Of a DNA stretch of 64,000 bases, positions 10,905-20,968 are shown one piece after another; the first letter of the stretch is position 1, and the number at the start of each line of letters is the position of its first letter. The notes beneath the pieces are model-generated. The model ran no database searches and was not told where the DNA came from. It worked only from the letters and a program-made list of their open reading frames with translations. Made by a program: the position numbers and the translations under genes. The stretch is from an uncultured Oscillospiraceae bacterium (GTDB taxonomy: Bacteria; Bacillota; Clostridia; Oscillospirales; Oscillospiraceae): positions 4,117 to 68,116 of the forward strand of contig CAZNUD010000002.1 in the NCBI GenBank assembly GCA_964576195.1, in the 5' to 3' direction.

Positions 10905-10933
10905 AAAGCCCCCGACTTTTTGACGGGGGCTTT
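10905..10933 (-). terminator. intrinsic terminator after ispH-S1
   Basis: Stem AAAGCCCCCG / CGGGGGCTTT with a 9-nt loop, 15 nt past the stop at 10948. Confidence 0.6.
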
Positions 10934-10947
10934 GGTGTATGTGCATA

Positions 10948-13047
10948 CTATTCGGCAGAAGCGTCTTCTGTGGGTGCAAGGCCGGTGGCTTCGCCGCTAG
11001 CGGATACTTCATAAACAAGAGCGTCGCCCCTCGGAGCACTGGGAGCCTTCGACGCAGCTCTCTCAACTTCCTGTTCGGGAAGCTTTTCAGGCTCGGTGAG
11101 GGCGCGGATGCTCAGAGATATCTTCTGCTTCTCGGTATCAATTGCGGTAATCTTAACCTCAACAGTATCGCCGACAGAAAGAACCTCGTCAGGCTTTCCT
11201 ATGCGACGGTTGGCAATCTGAGATATATGGATAAGGCCGTCAACTCCTGGAAAAACTTCGGCAAAAGCTCCAAAGGGCATGAGCTTGACAATTTTTACGT
11301 TGGTAACATCGCCTTCCTTAAAGGATGCCATGAATTTTGCCCAGGGGTTGCCATCGGGATCCTTGTAGCCAAGAGAAATCTTACGGTTTTCCCTATCAAA
11401 GCTTATAACGTAAACGTCAACCTCCTGACCTACAGTCAGAACGTCGCTGGGCTGTTTAATGCGGCTCCAGCTAAGCTCGGATACGTGAACCATGCCATCA
11501 ATGCCACCGATGTCGACAAATGCGCCGTAACCGGTGAGGGACTTTACAACACCATTGTAGTGCTTGTTCACTTCTATTTCGTTCCAGATCTTTTCGCTGC
11601 GCTCACGACGCTCGTCGCGCTGCACCGCGCGAATGCTGCCGACAACACGGCGGCGGCCGCGATTGACCTCGGTGATTTTAATGCGAACCTTTTCCTTGAG
11701 CAACTGGCTCATTTCTGCTTCCCTGGGAAGACCGGTCTGGGAGGCAGGAACAAAAACGCGTACGCCCTTGACTGTGACAACTATGCCGCCCTTATTATCT
11801 TCGGTGACAATGCCCTCAAGCACTGTGCCTTCCTCTGCAGCCGATTCAACAATTGTCCAGGTTTTTATAGCATCAAGACGCTTCTTGGAGAGCATAACAG
11901 TGCCTTCCATGTCGTTTACGCGAACAACACAGGCTTTTATAGTGTCGCCCACCTTGACAAGCTGGTTAATGTCAGCGTCATCTTCATCTGCAAACTCGGA
12001 AACGGGAATGTAGCCTGAATGCTTTGTGCCGAGGTCTACGCTTATCTCTGTGGGGGTGATGGCGCAAACAACACAGGTTACTATTTCTCCGTTATTTATA
12101 GTTTTGATAGAATCCTCCAGCATTTGGTCAAAGGACATCTCGGATTCGGGTACCTCATCTACTGTGGTTTCTGCTGTGGCTTCTTCAACTTTGATTTCGT
12201 CAGTCATGATTTGTCTTACCTCCTTAATGATCCATTCAGGCGTTGAGGCGCCGGCGGTTATGCCAATTGTTTCGGCTTTCTCCAAAGCGTGAAAATCCAG
12301 CTCCTTTACAGACGAAATAAACTGAACATTTTTACAATGCTCTGCACATATTTCTGCCAGGTGAACGCTGTTTGCGCTGTGATGCCCGCCTATTACCACC
12401 ATTGCATCGCAAATTTTTGATAAATCTGCGGCCTCTTGTTGCCTAATGGATGTAGCGCTACATATTGTATCAAATACTTTGAAGTTTGTACACTCTTTTT
12501 TAAAAATATTTTCTGTTTGTTCACGATTTCTTTGGGTTTGTGTTGTTTGGAACACAAGCGTAATGGCTTTTGACCGATTGTGAGGGTCTTCCAGCAGCCA
12601 CTTTTTTAGCTCCCCGGCGTCAGGGAATACCAGAGCATTTTCGCACCAGCCGCAAATGGCCTGAACTTCCGGGTGAGAAGCCTCTCCTATAATAATCGGG
12701 ACCCTCCCCTGCTCCGATGCCTCGGAAACCAGAGCGTGGATGTGCTTTACTTTCGGGCAGGAGGCATCAATAACTTCGCAGTTCTTTTCCTCAAGCTCTT
12801 CATAAAGGGATTTGGATACTCCGTGGGAGCGAATAATTACCCTTGCCCCTTCCGGCAGCTCCTGAGTGCCGTCAGTTACCTTAAGCCCCTTACGCTCTAA
12901 ATCAGCCACAACAGAGTTGTTGTGGATAAGGTCGCCAAGGGAAAAGCATGGACTTTCCTTATTGCTCAAAGCCTCATGCGCCAGCTTAACCGAGCGGCTT
13001 ACGCCGAAGCAAAAACCAGCGCTTTTTGCTATGTAAAGTTTTTTCAC
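10948..13047 (-). CDS. ispH: bifunctional 4-hydroxy-3-methylbut-2-enyl diphosphate reductase / ribosomal protein S1-like
   Basis: 699 aa. The N-terminal ~280 aa are LytB (GFCFGVSRSV, conserved Cys). The C-terminal half has four S1 OB repeats (GAFVDIGGIDGMVHVSELS, FGAFAEVFPGVDGLIHISQI). Confidence 0.9.
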   Translation of the reverse strand: MKKLYIAKSAGFCFGVSRSVKLAHEALSNKESPCFSLGDLIHNNSVVADLERKGLKVTDGTQELPEGARVIIRSHGVSKSLYEELEEKNCEVIDASCPKVKHIHALVSEASEQGRVPIIIGEASHPEVQAICGWCENALVFPDAGELKKWLLEDPHNRSKAITLVFQTTQTQRNREQTENIFKKECTNFKVFDTICSATSIRQQEAADLSKICDAMVVIGGHHSANSVHLAEICAEHCKNVQFISSVKELDFHALEKAETIGITAGASTPEWIIKEVRQIMTDEIKVEEATAETTVDEVPESEMSFDQMLEDSIKTINNGEIVTCVVCAITPTEISVDLGTKHSGYIPVSEFADEDDADINQLVKVGDTIKACVVRVNDMEGTVMLSKKRLDAIKTWTIVESAAEEGTVLEGIVTEDNKGGIVVTVKGVRVFVPASQTGLPREAEMSQLLKEKVRIKITEVNRGRRRVVGSIRAVQRDERRERSEKIWNEIEVNKHYNGVVKSLTGYGAFVDIGGIDGMVHVSELSWSRIKQPSDVLTVGQEVDVYVISFDRENRKISLGYKDPDGNPWAKFMASFKEGDVTNVKIVKLMPFGAFAEVFPGVDGLIHISQIANRRIGKPDEVLSVGDTVEVKITAIDTEKQKISLSIRALTEPEKLPEQEVERAASKAPSAPRGDALVYEVSASGEATGLAPTEDASAE

Positions 13048-13619
13048 GCTTTAAACTCCAATTCATATATGCGACGCATAAGCTCCTCGGCTCCGGCCAC
13101 GAAATCCTTGCCCTCGGGCTTTTTCAAGTAATAGGGCTTGCCTATTACAAGCTTTGCGCGGCAAAAGATCTTTTTACCAGTGGATAAATATATTGGGATA
13201 ATGGGAACGTCCAGTTTTGTAGATATGCGAACGGCTCCTGTTTTTGCCGCCACATGCTCTTCTTCGCTTACCCTTGTTCCCTCAGGAAAAAGCATGACCT
13301 TTTCACCTTTTTTCAGGTGCCTTATACAGGTTCGCACTGATTTAATATCTGTCTCTCCCCGCTGAACGGGAAAAGCTCCAATACTGTGAAAGAGCTTACC
13401 GACGACGGGAGTTTCAAAAATTTCTGACTTTGCCATAAAAAATAGTTGGCGCTTACGGCCAAAGGCAAAGCCTACATATATGGGGTCAAGAAGGCTTGAG
13501 TGGTTGCAGCAAACCATGGCGGCACCATTACAAATGTTTTCCCTGCCGATGTATTCGCAGGGAAAAAGAAGCCGAAACAGGGGCCATATAAGATAATACA
13601 CGAACTTATACGCGTTCAT
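13044..13619 (-). CDS. plsC: 1-acyl-sn-glycerol-3-phosphate acyltransferase
   Basis: HX4D motif CNHSSLLDP and FPEGTR. Start set at the MNAYKF ATG; overlaps the cmk stop. Confidence 0.85.
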   Translation of the reverse strand: MNAYKFVYYLIWPLFRLLFPCEYIGRENICNGAAMVCCNHSSLLDPIYVGFAFGRKRQLFFMAKSEIFETPVVGKLFHSIGAFPVQRGETDIKSVRTCIRHLKKGEKVMLFPEGTRVSEEEHVAAKTGAVRISTKLDVPIIPIYLSTGKKIFCRAKLVIGKPYYLKKPEGKDFVAGAEELMRRIYELEFKA

Positions 13620-14304
13620 TTTTATGTTTCTCCTTGATAAGCTTACAGATATGCTCAAAGCTTTGATTTAGGGAGTTTCCGGTGGTATCCACTAAAATGG
13701 CATCATCAGCCCTACGAAGGGGGGATACTGGGCGCTTGCTATCGTTTTTATCCCGGTATTCTATATCCTTGAGCACCTGCTCATAGGTGGTTTCGGTGCC
13801 ACGAAGCAGAAGCTCCTCATAGCGCCTCTTAGCGCGCTCCGATGCGTCGGCTGTGAGAAATATCTTCATATTTGCATTAGGAAGAACAACGGTACCGATA
13901 TCCCGACCGTCCATAATGACGTTATTTTCTCTGGCCAGCTTTCGCTGCATTTCCAGAAGGAAGGCACGAACAGGAGGCATGGCAGAAATATCGGAGGCAA
14001 AAATAGATATTTGAGGCAGACGGATGTCCTTTGTAACATCTCTACTATTCAATAGCATTATTTGAAGGCCTTCAGCGTTGTGGGTTATGGATATGTTAAT
14101 AGACGGCAAAAGTGCGGCAACTCCGTTTGCATCTTTAGAAGCTATACCAGCTTCATAGGCTGCTAGGCCTACCGTTCGGTATATTGCTCCGGTGTCCACA
14201 TACAGGAAGCCAAGGGCCTCGGCACAAAGCTTGGCGATGGTGCTTTTCCCGGCACCGGAGGGGCCGTCGATGGCAACGGAAAAATGGTTTTCATTCTTGC
14301 CCAT
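13606..14304 (-). CDS. cmk: cytidylate kinase
   Basis: IDGPSGAGKST P-loop, 232 aa, classic cmk-rpsA neighbourhood. Confidence 0.92.
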   Translation of the reverse strand: MGKNENHFSVAIDGPSGAGKSTIAKLCAEALGFLYVDTGAIYRTVGLAAYEAGIASKDANGVAALLPSINISITHNAEGLQIMLLNSRDVTKDIRLPQISIFASDISAMPPVRAFLLEMQRKLARENNVIMDGRDIGTVVLPNANMKIFLTADASERAKRRYEELLLRGTETTYEQVLKDIEYRDKNDSKRPVSPLRRADDAILVDTTGNSLNQSFEHICKLIKEKHKNERV

Positions 14305-14322
14305 ATGGTTTTCCTTTCGGGA

Positions 14323-15570
14323 TTATTTATGGCTTGCCATAGCGTTTGCGGCAACGTAAGCTGTTGACCATGCAATCTGAAGGTTAAAGCCGCCGGTGTA
14401 GGCATCCACATCAATAAGCTCTCCTGCAAAATACAGGCCGTCAACTAGTTTAGAGGCCATAGTTTTGGGATTTATTTCTTTAATACAGACGCCGCCGGAG
14501 GTCACAATGGCCTCGTCTATGGGGCGTTTACCGGTAATATTTATCGGAAATTCCTTAAAAAGCTTAACTAAGGCCACACGCTGGGGGCGTGTAATTGAGT
14601 TTACTTTTGTATCCTCCGGTATGCCGGAAAGCCGCACCAGAACAGGAATCATGGACTTCCCTGCCAAATCATCCAAGGCATTTCTAAAGTCCTTGTTTGC
14701 ATATTTTGCAAAATCACGCAAAACTCGGTCATCCAGTTGCTTTTCATTTAAGCCGGGTTTAAGGTCGATGGTTACACAATATTTGGAATAATCCTCGTCC
14801 CGTAAATGAGAGCTGGCGGAGAGCACCAAGGGACCGGACATGCCGAAATGTGTAAACAGCAGTTCTCCCAGCTCTGAAAAAATTATCTTGCCCTTTTCTT
14901 TATTTGAAATTTGTAAAGTTACATTTTTAAGTGAAAAGCCCTGAAGCTCGGCGCAGTAGTTGTTGTCTGACTCAAGGGGAACCAGCGAGGGCTTTGGAGG
15001 GACTATTGTATGTCCCAGTGCTGAGGCAATTTTGTAACCTTCTCCGGTGGAACCAGTCCCCGGATAGCTCTTCCCGCCTGTACAGAGAAGCACATTTTGG
15101 CAGCAAATTTCGCTTTGGTCGGTAATTACGGCACAAACAGCTCCATTTTCGGTTTTCACAGATATAGCACGCTCTTTAAGGTGGCGAGCTCCTCCCTTTT
15201 TGGCAAAGCTCTCCAGTGCGTTTGCAACATCGTGGGCGCTATCGCTTATAGGAAACACACGACTGCCCCGTTCGGTTTTTAAGGCCAAACCAAGCTTTTC
15301 AAATAGCAAAATAGTGTCTGCCGGTGAAAAGGCGTTCACAGCGCCATAAAGAAACTTTGCGTTAACGGGAACGTTTTCTAAAAACTCCTTTACCTCGCAG
15401 TTGTTGGTGACATTGCAACGGCCTTTTCCGGTTATGCGAAGCTTTTTTCCAAGGAGCTTGTTAGGCTCTACAATAAGGGTACTAATGCCAAATTGTCCTA
15501 AGAACCCGGCAGCCATTAGACCGGCTGCGCCGCCGCCTATTATAACTGCATCAGTGTTCAGTGTTTTCAT
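14323..15570 (-). CDS. HI0933/BaiN-like NAD(P)/FAD-dependent oxidoreductase
   Basis: DAVIIGGGAAGLMAA dinucleotide fold and the C-terminal GGFNLQ family motif. Start is uncertain (15570 or 15579). Confidence 0.8.
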   Translation of the reverse strand: MKTLNTDAVIIGGGAAGLMAAGFLGQFGISTLIVEPNKLLGKKLRITGKGRCNVTNNCEVKEFLENVPVNAKFLYGAVNAFSPADTILLFEKLGLALKTERGSRVFPISDSAHDVANALESFAKKGGARHLKERAISVKTENGAVCAVITDQSEICCQNVLLCTGGKSYPGTGSTGEGYKIASALGHTIVPPKPSLVPLESDNNYCAELQGFSLKNVTLQISNKEKGKIIFSELGELLFTHFGMSGPLVLSASSHLRDEDYSKYCVTIDLKPGLNEKQLDDRVLRDFAKYANKDFRNALDDLAGKSMIPVLVRLSGIPEDTKVNSITRPQRVALVKLFKEFPINITGKRPIDEAIVTSGGVCIKEINPKTMASKLVDGLYFAGELIDVDAYTGGFNLQIAWSTAYVAANAMASHK

Positions 15571-16414
15571 ATACTTCATTTTCCGACCATACTGTTTCAA
15601 GACGTTTAAAGGTGTCTGATAGCGCTTCCTTAGAACGTAGGCCGATTGACACTATAAGAGCATTAATAAGGCTTAGGGGAGCAACTAGGGAATCAAGGAA
15701 GCTGACCATATCGCTGCGAGCGTAAAGAGTAATATCGGACATTTCCACCAGCGGAGAGCTTTCTCCGTCGGTAAGTCCTATAGTGGTGGCACCGGCATTT
15801 TTGACAAAGCGCATGGCCTTGACTGTGCGGTTGGAATAGCGGGGATAGCTGATGCCGATGAAAACGTCCCCCTTCCCAATGCGAAGTACCTGCTCAAAAA
15901 TCTCACATACGGCAGTGTCATGAAGAAGATAGACATTGTCACGCAGAATGTTGAGATAATAGCCCATAAAGCTTGCAAGAGCCGTTGATGAACGCATGCC
16001 CACTATGTATACGTGCTTTGCATTAATAATCGCATCCACCGCAGCGTCAAAGCTGGCCCTGTCGATTTCGTCAATGGTTTTCTGGAGCTTCTCCATATCG
16101 GCAGAGAGAACCGCTTTTAAGACGTTGGCTTCATTAATAAGCTCCTTTGCCACCTCTATGCGCTGAACGGAGGTTAGGCGGTTTCTTATCATCTCCTGCA
16201 AAGCCTTTCGCATTCCCGGATAACCGTCGTAACCAAGCTCGGCAGCAAATCGGACAACTGTTGACTCGCTCACGCCTACGGTTATACCCAGCTTTCCTGC
16301 GGTCATAAATGCAGCCTTGTCGTAGTTTTCCAAAATATATTTTGCAATACGGCGCTGCCCCTTTGAAAAGGCCACGCTGCCTTTTTCTATTACTGCTAAT
16401 ACGTCTTTATCCAT
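15551..16414 (-). CDS. MurR/RpiR family transcriptional regulator
   Basis: N-terminal HTH (GKLGITVGVSESTVVRFA) plus a C-terminal SIS domain. Confidence 0.85.
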   Translation of the reverse strand: MDKDVLAVIEKGSVAFSKGQRRIAKYILENYDKAAFMTAGKLGITVGVSESTVVRFAAELGYDGYPGMRKALQEMIRNRLTSVQRIEVAKELINEANVLKAVLSADMEKLQKTIDEIDRASFDAAVDAIINAKHVYIVGMRSSTALASFMGYYLNILRDNVYLLHDTAVCEIFEQVLRIGKGDVFIGISYPRYSNRTVKAMRFVKNAGATTIGLTDGESSPLVEMSDITLYARSDMVSFLDSLVAPLSLINALIVSIGLRSKEALSDTFKRLETVWSENEVYENTEH

Positions 16415-16537
16415 TTTTACACATCTCCGTTATAATTGCGGTAAAACCGTTACACTCATAATAATACTAAACACAATAAAAACGCAAGCAAATTGAAGGA
16501 TAAAAATAATTCGTCTTGCATTTTTAATAGTATTTAA

Positions 16538-17266
16538 CTAAATTGCCTTGGAATTTGTGTGTTTTTGCAAGCTTGCAATTTCCTTTGCATTCAAAACACG
16601 CCATTTCCCCGATGGCAAAGTACCCAGATTTACGCCGCCCTCAGAAACCCTTTTAAGACGAAGGACACTAAGACCCGACTTTTGGCACATTTTGCGAACC
16701 TGGCGATTTCGTCCTTCAGTTATAGTAATTGAGACCAACGCACCCTTCTCATCGTCATCAAGAAGCTTAATTCTTGCCGGCTTTATTGGTTTTCCGTCTA
16801 TATCCATGGGAGCGGATAGCAGGGCGAGAGCATTATTCAGGTCATCTCCCCTCACGCGGGCATGGTAGGTTTTTGGTACCTCATTAGAGGGATGCATCAG
16901 ACGGTTTGCAAGCTGTCCGTCGTCAGTTAAAATCAAAAGACCCTCCGAGTCAATGTCAAGGCGTCCCACGGGAAAAACACGGGTTCCCACGTCGGCAGTA
17001 AGATCCACAACGGTTTTGCGCCCGCGTTCATCGTTTAGGGTGGTTACATAGCCCCGCGGCTTATTAAGCATTATGTAGGTCCTCCCCACCTGGCGGTTGA
17101 GAGGAATGTTGTCAATGGTTATTTGGTCGCGCTCATCGTCGGCGCTTTGGCCAAGGCCTGCAATAACGCCGTTTATGGCCACGCGGCCTTCACTAATTAA
17201 AACCTCTGCCTTGCGTCGTGAGCAATAGCCCGAGGCGGAAATAATCTTTTGTATACGCATTTGCAT
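16538..17266 (-). CDS. rluB: pseudouridine synthase (RsuA/RluB family)
   Basis: S4 domain (GYCSRRKAEVLISEGRV) and catalytic GRLDIDSEGLL motif. Confidence 0.88.
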   Translation of the reverse strand: MQMRIQKIISASGYCSRRKAEVLISEGRVAINGVIAGLGQSADDERDQITIDNIPLNRQVGRTYIMLNKPRGYVTTLNDERGRKTVVDLTADVGTRVFPVGRLDIDSEGLLILTDDGQLANRLMHPSNEVPKTYHARVRGDDLNNALALLSAPMDIDGKPIKPARIKLLDDDEKGALVSITITEGRNRQVRKMCQKSGLSVLRLKRVSEGGVNLGTLPSGKWRVLNAKEIASLQKHTNSKAI

Positions 17267-17285
17267 GGCTTCACACTCCTATTAT

Positions 17286-18428
17286 TTAATAACTGAAAAC
17301 ATAGCTGTATTTGTTGCCCATAAGCCAAGCCCGGCGCAGGCGCTGCCAGGGATTTATCACCTCGTCATAAGACACGGGAATGTTCTCCTCATACAACAGC
17401 GGAAATTCGCCCACCAATACGCCGTCAGCAGTGATAAAGGCCCGTCCCGCACAGTCATTTTCCTTAATACCTGCATAAACAAACTCAGGCAGTTCAAGGC
17501 TTAGAGCAAGCTTTGCTTCTTTTTTTACCAGAACACTGCTTTCACAACGGCAGCAAATGCCAACGCTGTCCTTTTCCCCAGATATAACCGGAAGCCGGCA
17601 TACGCTGCCAAGGGGCATAGTGCGGACATATTTGAAGGTATTAAAGGCCCATTCGTACATTGCACGGTGGTCATCCCAATCATCCGGATCTGAAAGCGTT
17701 ACACAGATAACACGGAAGCCATCACGCTCGGCACATGAAACGAGGCTTCGCCCCGCCGCCATGGTGTAGCCGGTTTTACCGCCAAGCATGCCATTAAAGC
17801 TCCAAAGAAGTCTGTTGTGGTTAATAAAGGAGCGGTCGCCCACTGTGTAGTTTTTTGTGGAGATAATTTGTTCAAATAGAGGAATCTCCATGGCTGTGCG
17901 CATAATTTCAGCTAAATCCGCAGCTGAGGAATAGTGCCCTTGGGCGTCAAGTCCGTGGGGGTTTTTAAAGGAGCTGTTTTGCAGCCCCAGTTCCTGGGCT
18001 CTTTGGTTCATGAGCTCGCCAAAGGCCTCTATGCTGCCGGAGCAGTGATCAGCCAAAGCCACCGCTGCGTCGTTTCCCGAAACCAGCAGAAGACCATAAA
18101 GCAGGTCCCGGACAGTCCATTTTTCCCCGCCCCGCAGATACATGGATGAGCCTTCAACGCTAGTAAATTCGGGCTTGATTTCTACAATGTCGTCGGGGTT
18201 GCAGTTTTCCAGCACAACAAGAGCCGTCATAAGCTTTGTTGTGCTGGCAATGAGCATTTGCTCGTTGCCATTTTGCTGAAAGAGGATCTGCCCCGAATCG
18301 GCATGCAGCAGTATTGCTGAAGCCGCAGAGTTATCCGGCGCGGCCTCGGCTTTTAAAGGGAAAAGAGCTGCCAAAAGAAAAACTAATATGATAATTCGAG
18401 GAAGGTTTTGTCTCAAAATAAGCACCAC
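17286..18428 (-). CDS. D-alanyl-D-alanine carboxypeptidase (serine-type, PBP5 family)
   Basis: Signal peptide, SxxK (ASTTKLMT), SGN (VSGND), KTG (GKTGYT). Confidence 0.88.
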   Translation of the reverse strand: MVLILRQNLPRIIILVFLLAALFPLKAEAAPDNSAASAILLHADSGQILFQQNGNEQMLIASTTKLMTALVVLENCNPDDIVEIKPEFTSVEGSSMYLRGGEKWTVRDLLYGLLLVSGNDAAVALADHCSGSIEAFGELMNQRAQELGLQNSSFKNPHGLDAQGHYSSAADLAEIMRTAMEIPLFEQIISTKNYTVGDRSFINHNRLLWSFNGMLGGKTGYTMAAGRSLVSCAERDGFRVICVTLSDPDDWDDHRAMYEWAFNTFKYVRTMPLGSVCRLPVISGEKDSVGICCRCESSVLVKKEAKLALSLELPEFVYAGIKENDCAGRAFITADGVLVGEFPLLYEENIPVSYDEVINPWQRLRRAWLMGNKYSYVFSY

Positions 18429-18491
18429 CCTTCGTTTAATTGGGCAGTGCTTATTATTGACAGGGAAGGAATTTTTTATTCTGTGGGTGCC

Positions 18492-18863
18492 TTAGCTTCT
18501 AAACTTGTCCACCATTTGCTGAACTTTATCTATGATCTCTGGAGCCAGATCCACAACTCTGTCCAGAGTGGAACTGGCAGGGGGCTCAATATTGATCATC
18601 TTCACAACACCATTTGCAATGGTTAAAAAACCAATTGGTTCAATTTTAACGCCTGCACCGCCGCCGCCGCCAAAACCCGCGCTTTCCTTTATGGGAAAAT
18701 CAGCTCCGCCGCTGGTGAAGCCAAATGTCACCTTGGAAATCGGAATAATAGTAATATCGTCGGGGGTTGTTATTGGATTTCCTACTATGGTGTTCACATC
18801 CACCATTTCGCTTATCTTGCTGAGAGTTGTATCCATCAGGTCTCCGATAGGGTGTCTTTCCAT
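18492..18863 (-). CDS. ytfJ: sporulation protein YtfJ / GerW family
   Basis: 123 aa; ISKVTFGFTSGGADF...GGGGGAGVKIEPIGFL is typical of YtfJ. Confidence 0.8.
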   Translation of the reverse strand: MERHPIGDLMDTTLSKISEMVDVNTIVGNPITTPDDITIIPISKVTFGFTSGGADFPIKESAGFGGGGGAGVKIEPIGFLTIANGVVKMINIEPPASSTLDRVVDLAPEIIDKVQQMVDKFRS

Positions 18864-18877
18864 TATTGTCAGTCCTT

Positions 18878-19504
18878 TCAGTTGATGGGTGCCCGCTTTT
18901 TAAAGCTGCACTCTTTCTTCTTTTTCAGCTTAAAAAATTCTATTCCGGTTATAGCTGCAACGTATAGTATCTCCCAAATTTGAATGCTGGCGGTTATCCA
19001 AAAGTTAACGGCAGTTTTATCAGCCAAATAATTACAAGAGACACCAAAATCTCGCTCAGTAATGTTAAATATTTTTTCTGCCAGTTGTATTGCTGAATAA
19101 AAAGTAGCGGTTACTGCACCATAGCTTATAGCGGTTTTAAAAGGATCGTCAGCCGCTATAGTAAGATGAATAGAAAGATAATCAACCGTAAGCTTACGAC
19201 GAAAACGCCCCAGAGCCTTTAAGCCCAACTTAATCAGCGTAATAATATATTCCTTCGTCATTCTCGGCTTTTTTGGTTTTTCCTCTTCATGAGGAAGATC
19301 GGCTTTTTTCATAAGCTTTTTGGGCTTTTTCGCCTTGGACTTTATAAGCTTCGACATAAGCCCACCCGCCGGAACAGCCCTGATATTTAAGGGTCCTATG
19401 CGAATGTAAAGCTTAAATCCGTCGGCGTTATAGCCCCCGTCCACTCCCACCGGCAGTAGGCCGATTACAATAAGGACGAGAAGGATTATAAGAAGTGCTT
19501 TCAA
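18878..19504 (-). CDS. DUF2953 (YtfI-like) sporulation-associated membrane protein
   Basis: N-terminal TM helix, lysine-rich linker, position directly upstream of ytfJ as in Bacillus ytfI-ytfJ. Confidence 0.6.
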   Translation of the reverse strand: MKALLIILLVLIVIGLLPVGVDGGYNADGFKLYIRIGPLNIRAVPAGGLMSKLIKSKAKKPKKLMKKADLPHEEEKPKKPRMTKEYIITLIKLGLKALGRFRRKLTVDYLSIHLTIAADDPFKTAISYGAVTATFYSAIQLAEKIFNITERDFGVSCNYLADKTAVNFWITASIQIWEILYVAAITGIEFFKLKKKKECSFKKRAPIN

Positions 19505-19539
19505 GGCGTCACCCCTTTCGGATTGACCTTTTAAAGAGC

Positions 19540-20136
19540 TTATACTTCAATGGTCATTTGGCGGTTATCTTCGCCTTTTAAGTTTTTAATAACCCTGCTA
19601 AGCTGGGCAATTCCCTCATCGGAGCTCATATCGGGAAGCTTAGGCAGGTCACTTATATCAGTTATGCCCATTGTTCGTAAGAATAACTCAGTTGTGCGAT
19701 AAATTGAGGGGCGTCCGGTTACGTCCAGCTTGCCGCAGCTTTCTATGAGTCCTCTATCAATTAGCAGGCCCATGGTATATGAGCTGTCCACACCACGCAC
19801 CTGATCAACATATGCTCTTGTAACCGGCTGGAAGTAGGCACATATTGCAAGCACCTCCAAGGCCGACTGGCTAAGCTTTGGCGGCTTGCGTCGCTCAAGG
19901 GCACGAACAATATCCTGCGCATGCTCAGGAGCAGTGCAAAGCTGCAGGGAGTCTCCCATGCGAACCAGCCGAAATCCACGGCGGTCATAGCTGTATTCAT
20001 CAGAAAGCTTTTTGGCGCTTGCAAGTATCTCCCATGTGTCCATACCCAGTACAAGGGCAATCCTAGCGGCGGGAACCGGCTCGCCGGCAGCAAAGAGAAT
20101 GGCTTCAATTTTAGATTCTATTTCCTTATTATCCAT
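19540..20136 (-). CDS. scpB: segregation and condensation protein B
   Basis: IEAILFAAGEPV N-terminus, 198 aa, follows scpA. Confidence 0.9.
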   Translation of the reverse strand: MDNKEIESKIEAILFAAGEPVPAARIALVLGMDTWEILASAKKLSDEYSYDRRGFRLVRMGDSLQLCTAPEHAQDIVRALERRKPPKLSQSALEVLAICAYFQPVTRAYVDQVRGVDSSYTMGLLIDRGLIESCGKLDVTGRPSIYRTTELFLRTMGITDISDLPKLPDMSSDEGIAQLSRVIKNLKGEDNRQMTIEV

Positions 20137-20149
20137 TCATAATTCTCAC

Positions 20150-20935
20150 TTATTCAGAGGTAAACTCCGTTAATTCCACGGGAGCATCGCTGACATAATA
20201 AACCGTAAGCTCCCCATCATTCTTGTGTATTTCAATATTTCCCATGCTGCACAGCTCCAAAACAGAGATGAAGGTGGCTATAAGCTCGCTCCGACTACGG
20301 CTCATCTGGTAGAGCTGCTTAAGGGTTTTATTATGGCCGGATTTTAGAAGAGTTATGATCTGTTCGCTCTTTTCCCGCACGCCGAAAACTATACGCTTAG
20401 GTACCAAAATCTCATTTTTGGGAGCAAGTCCCCCACTGCTGCGGGAAAAAATGGAGGCAAGTGCTTCAATAAGCTCATGGGGCTCATGACTGTAACGATA
20501 TTCGGCGCTGCCCATAGTCTTTAACGGCTCGGCGGGCTTGGAAAACATAAGAAGTCCAAGTTCTGACATACGCAAAAGCTCGGGAGTAAGGGCCTTGACG
20601 CTCATGTATGCATCGTGACATTTCAGTTGCTCAAGGGAGTTTATTAGTTCCTCTAATTCCGATACTTCTTCCTCTCCTGCCAAAAGGGTTCGGGTTTTGA
20701 TGTAAACCAAATGAGAAGCCATCTGGACAAATTCGCTGGCTATTTCCAAATCCATCTGCTGCATTTGATTAATATACTCGATGTACTGATCGAGTATATC
20801 AGAGATGCGCAGGTCGCGAATCTCAATTTTATTTTTGGAGAGGAGCATTAAAATGAGGTTAAGGGGACCGCTAAAGTCCTCCATTTCGTAACGGGTTTTA
20901 ACGATGCCCTCCAAATGAAAGGTGGGATTATCCAT
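20150..20935 (-). CDS. scpA: segregation and condensation protein A (kleisin)
   Basis: FSGPLNLILMLLSKNKIEIRDLRISDILDQY is a typical ScpA N-terminus. Confidence 0.9.
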   Translation of the reverse strand: MDNPTFHLEGIVKTRYEMEDFSGPLNLILMLLSKNKIEIRDLRISDILDQYIEYINQMQQMDLEIASEFVQMASHLVYIKTRTLLAGEEEVSELEELINSLEQLKCHDAYMSVKALTPELLRMSELGLLMFSKPAEPLKTMGSAEYRYSHEPHELIEALASIFSRSSGGLAPKNEILVPKRIVFGVREKSEQIITLLKSGHNKTLKQLYQMSRSRSELIATFISVLELCSMGNIEIHKNDGELTVYYVSDAPVELTEFTSE

Positions 20936-20968
20936 GTTTCCTCCGGCTGCCGCAGATGCGACAAAACA

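Noticed and set aside
10939-12018. 359-aa plus-strand ORF (also 11564-12013)
   Set aside because: It is entirely antisense to the well-supported ispH-S1 gene. Its composition is low-complexity (Asn/Ala/Leu-rich), with no RBS and no recognisable motif. This is a typical shadow ORF.
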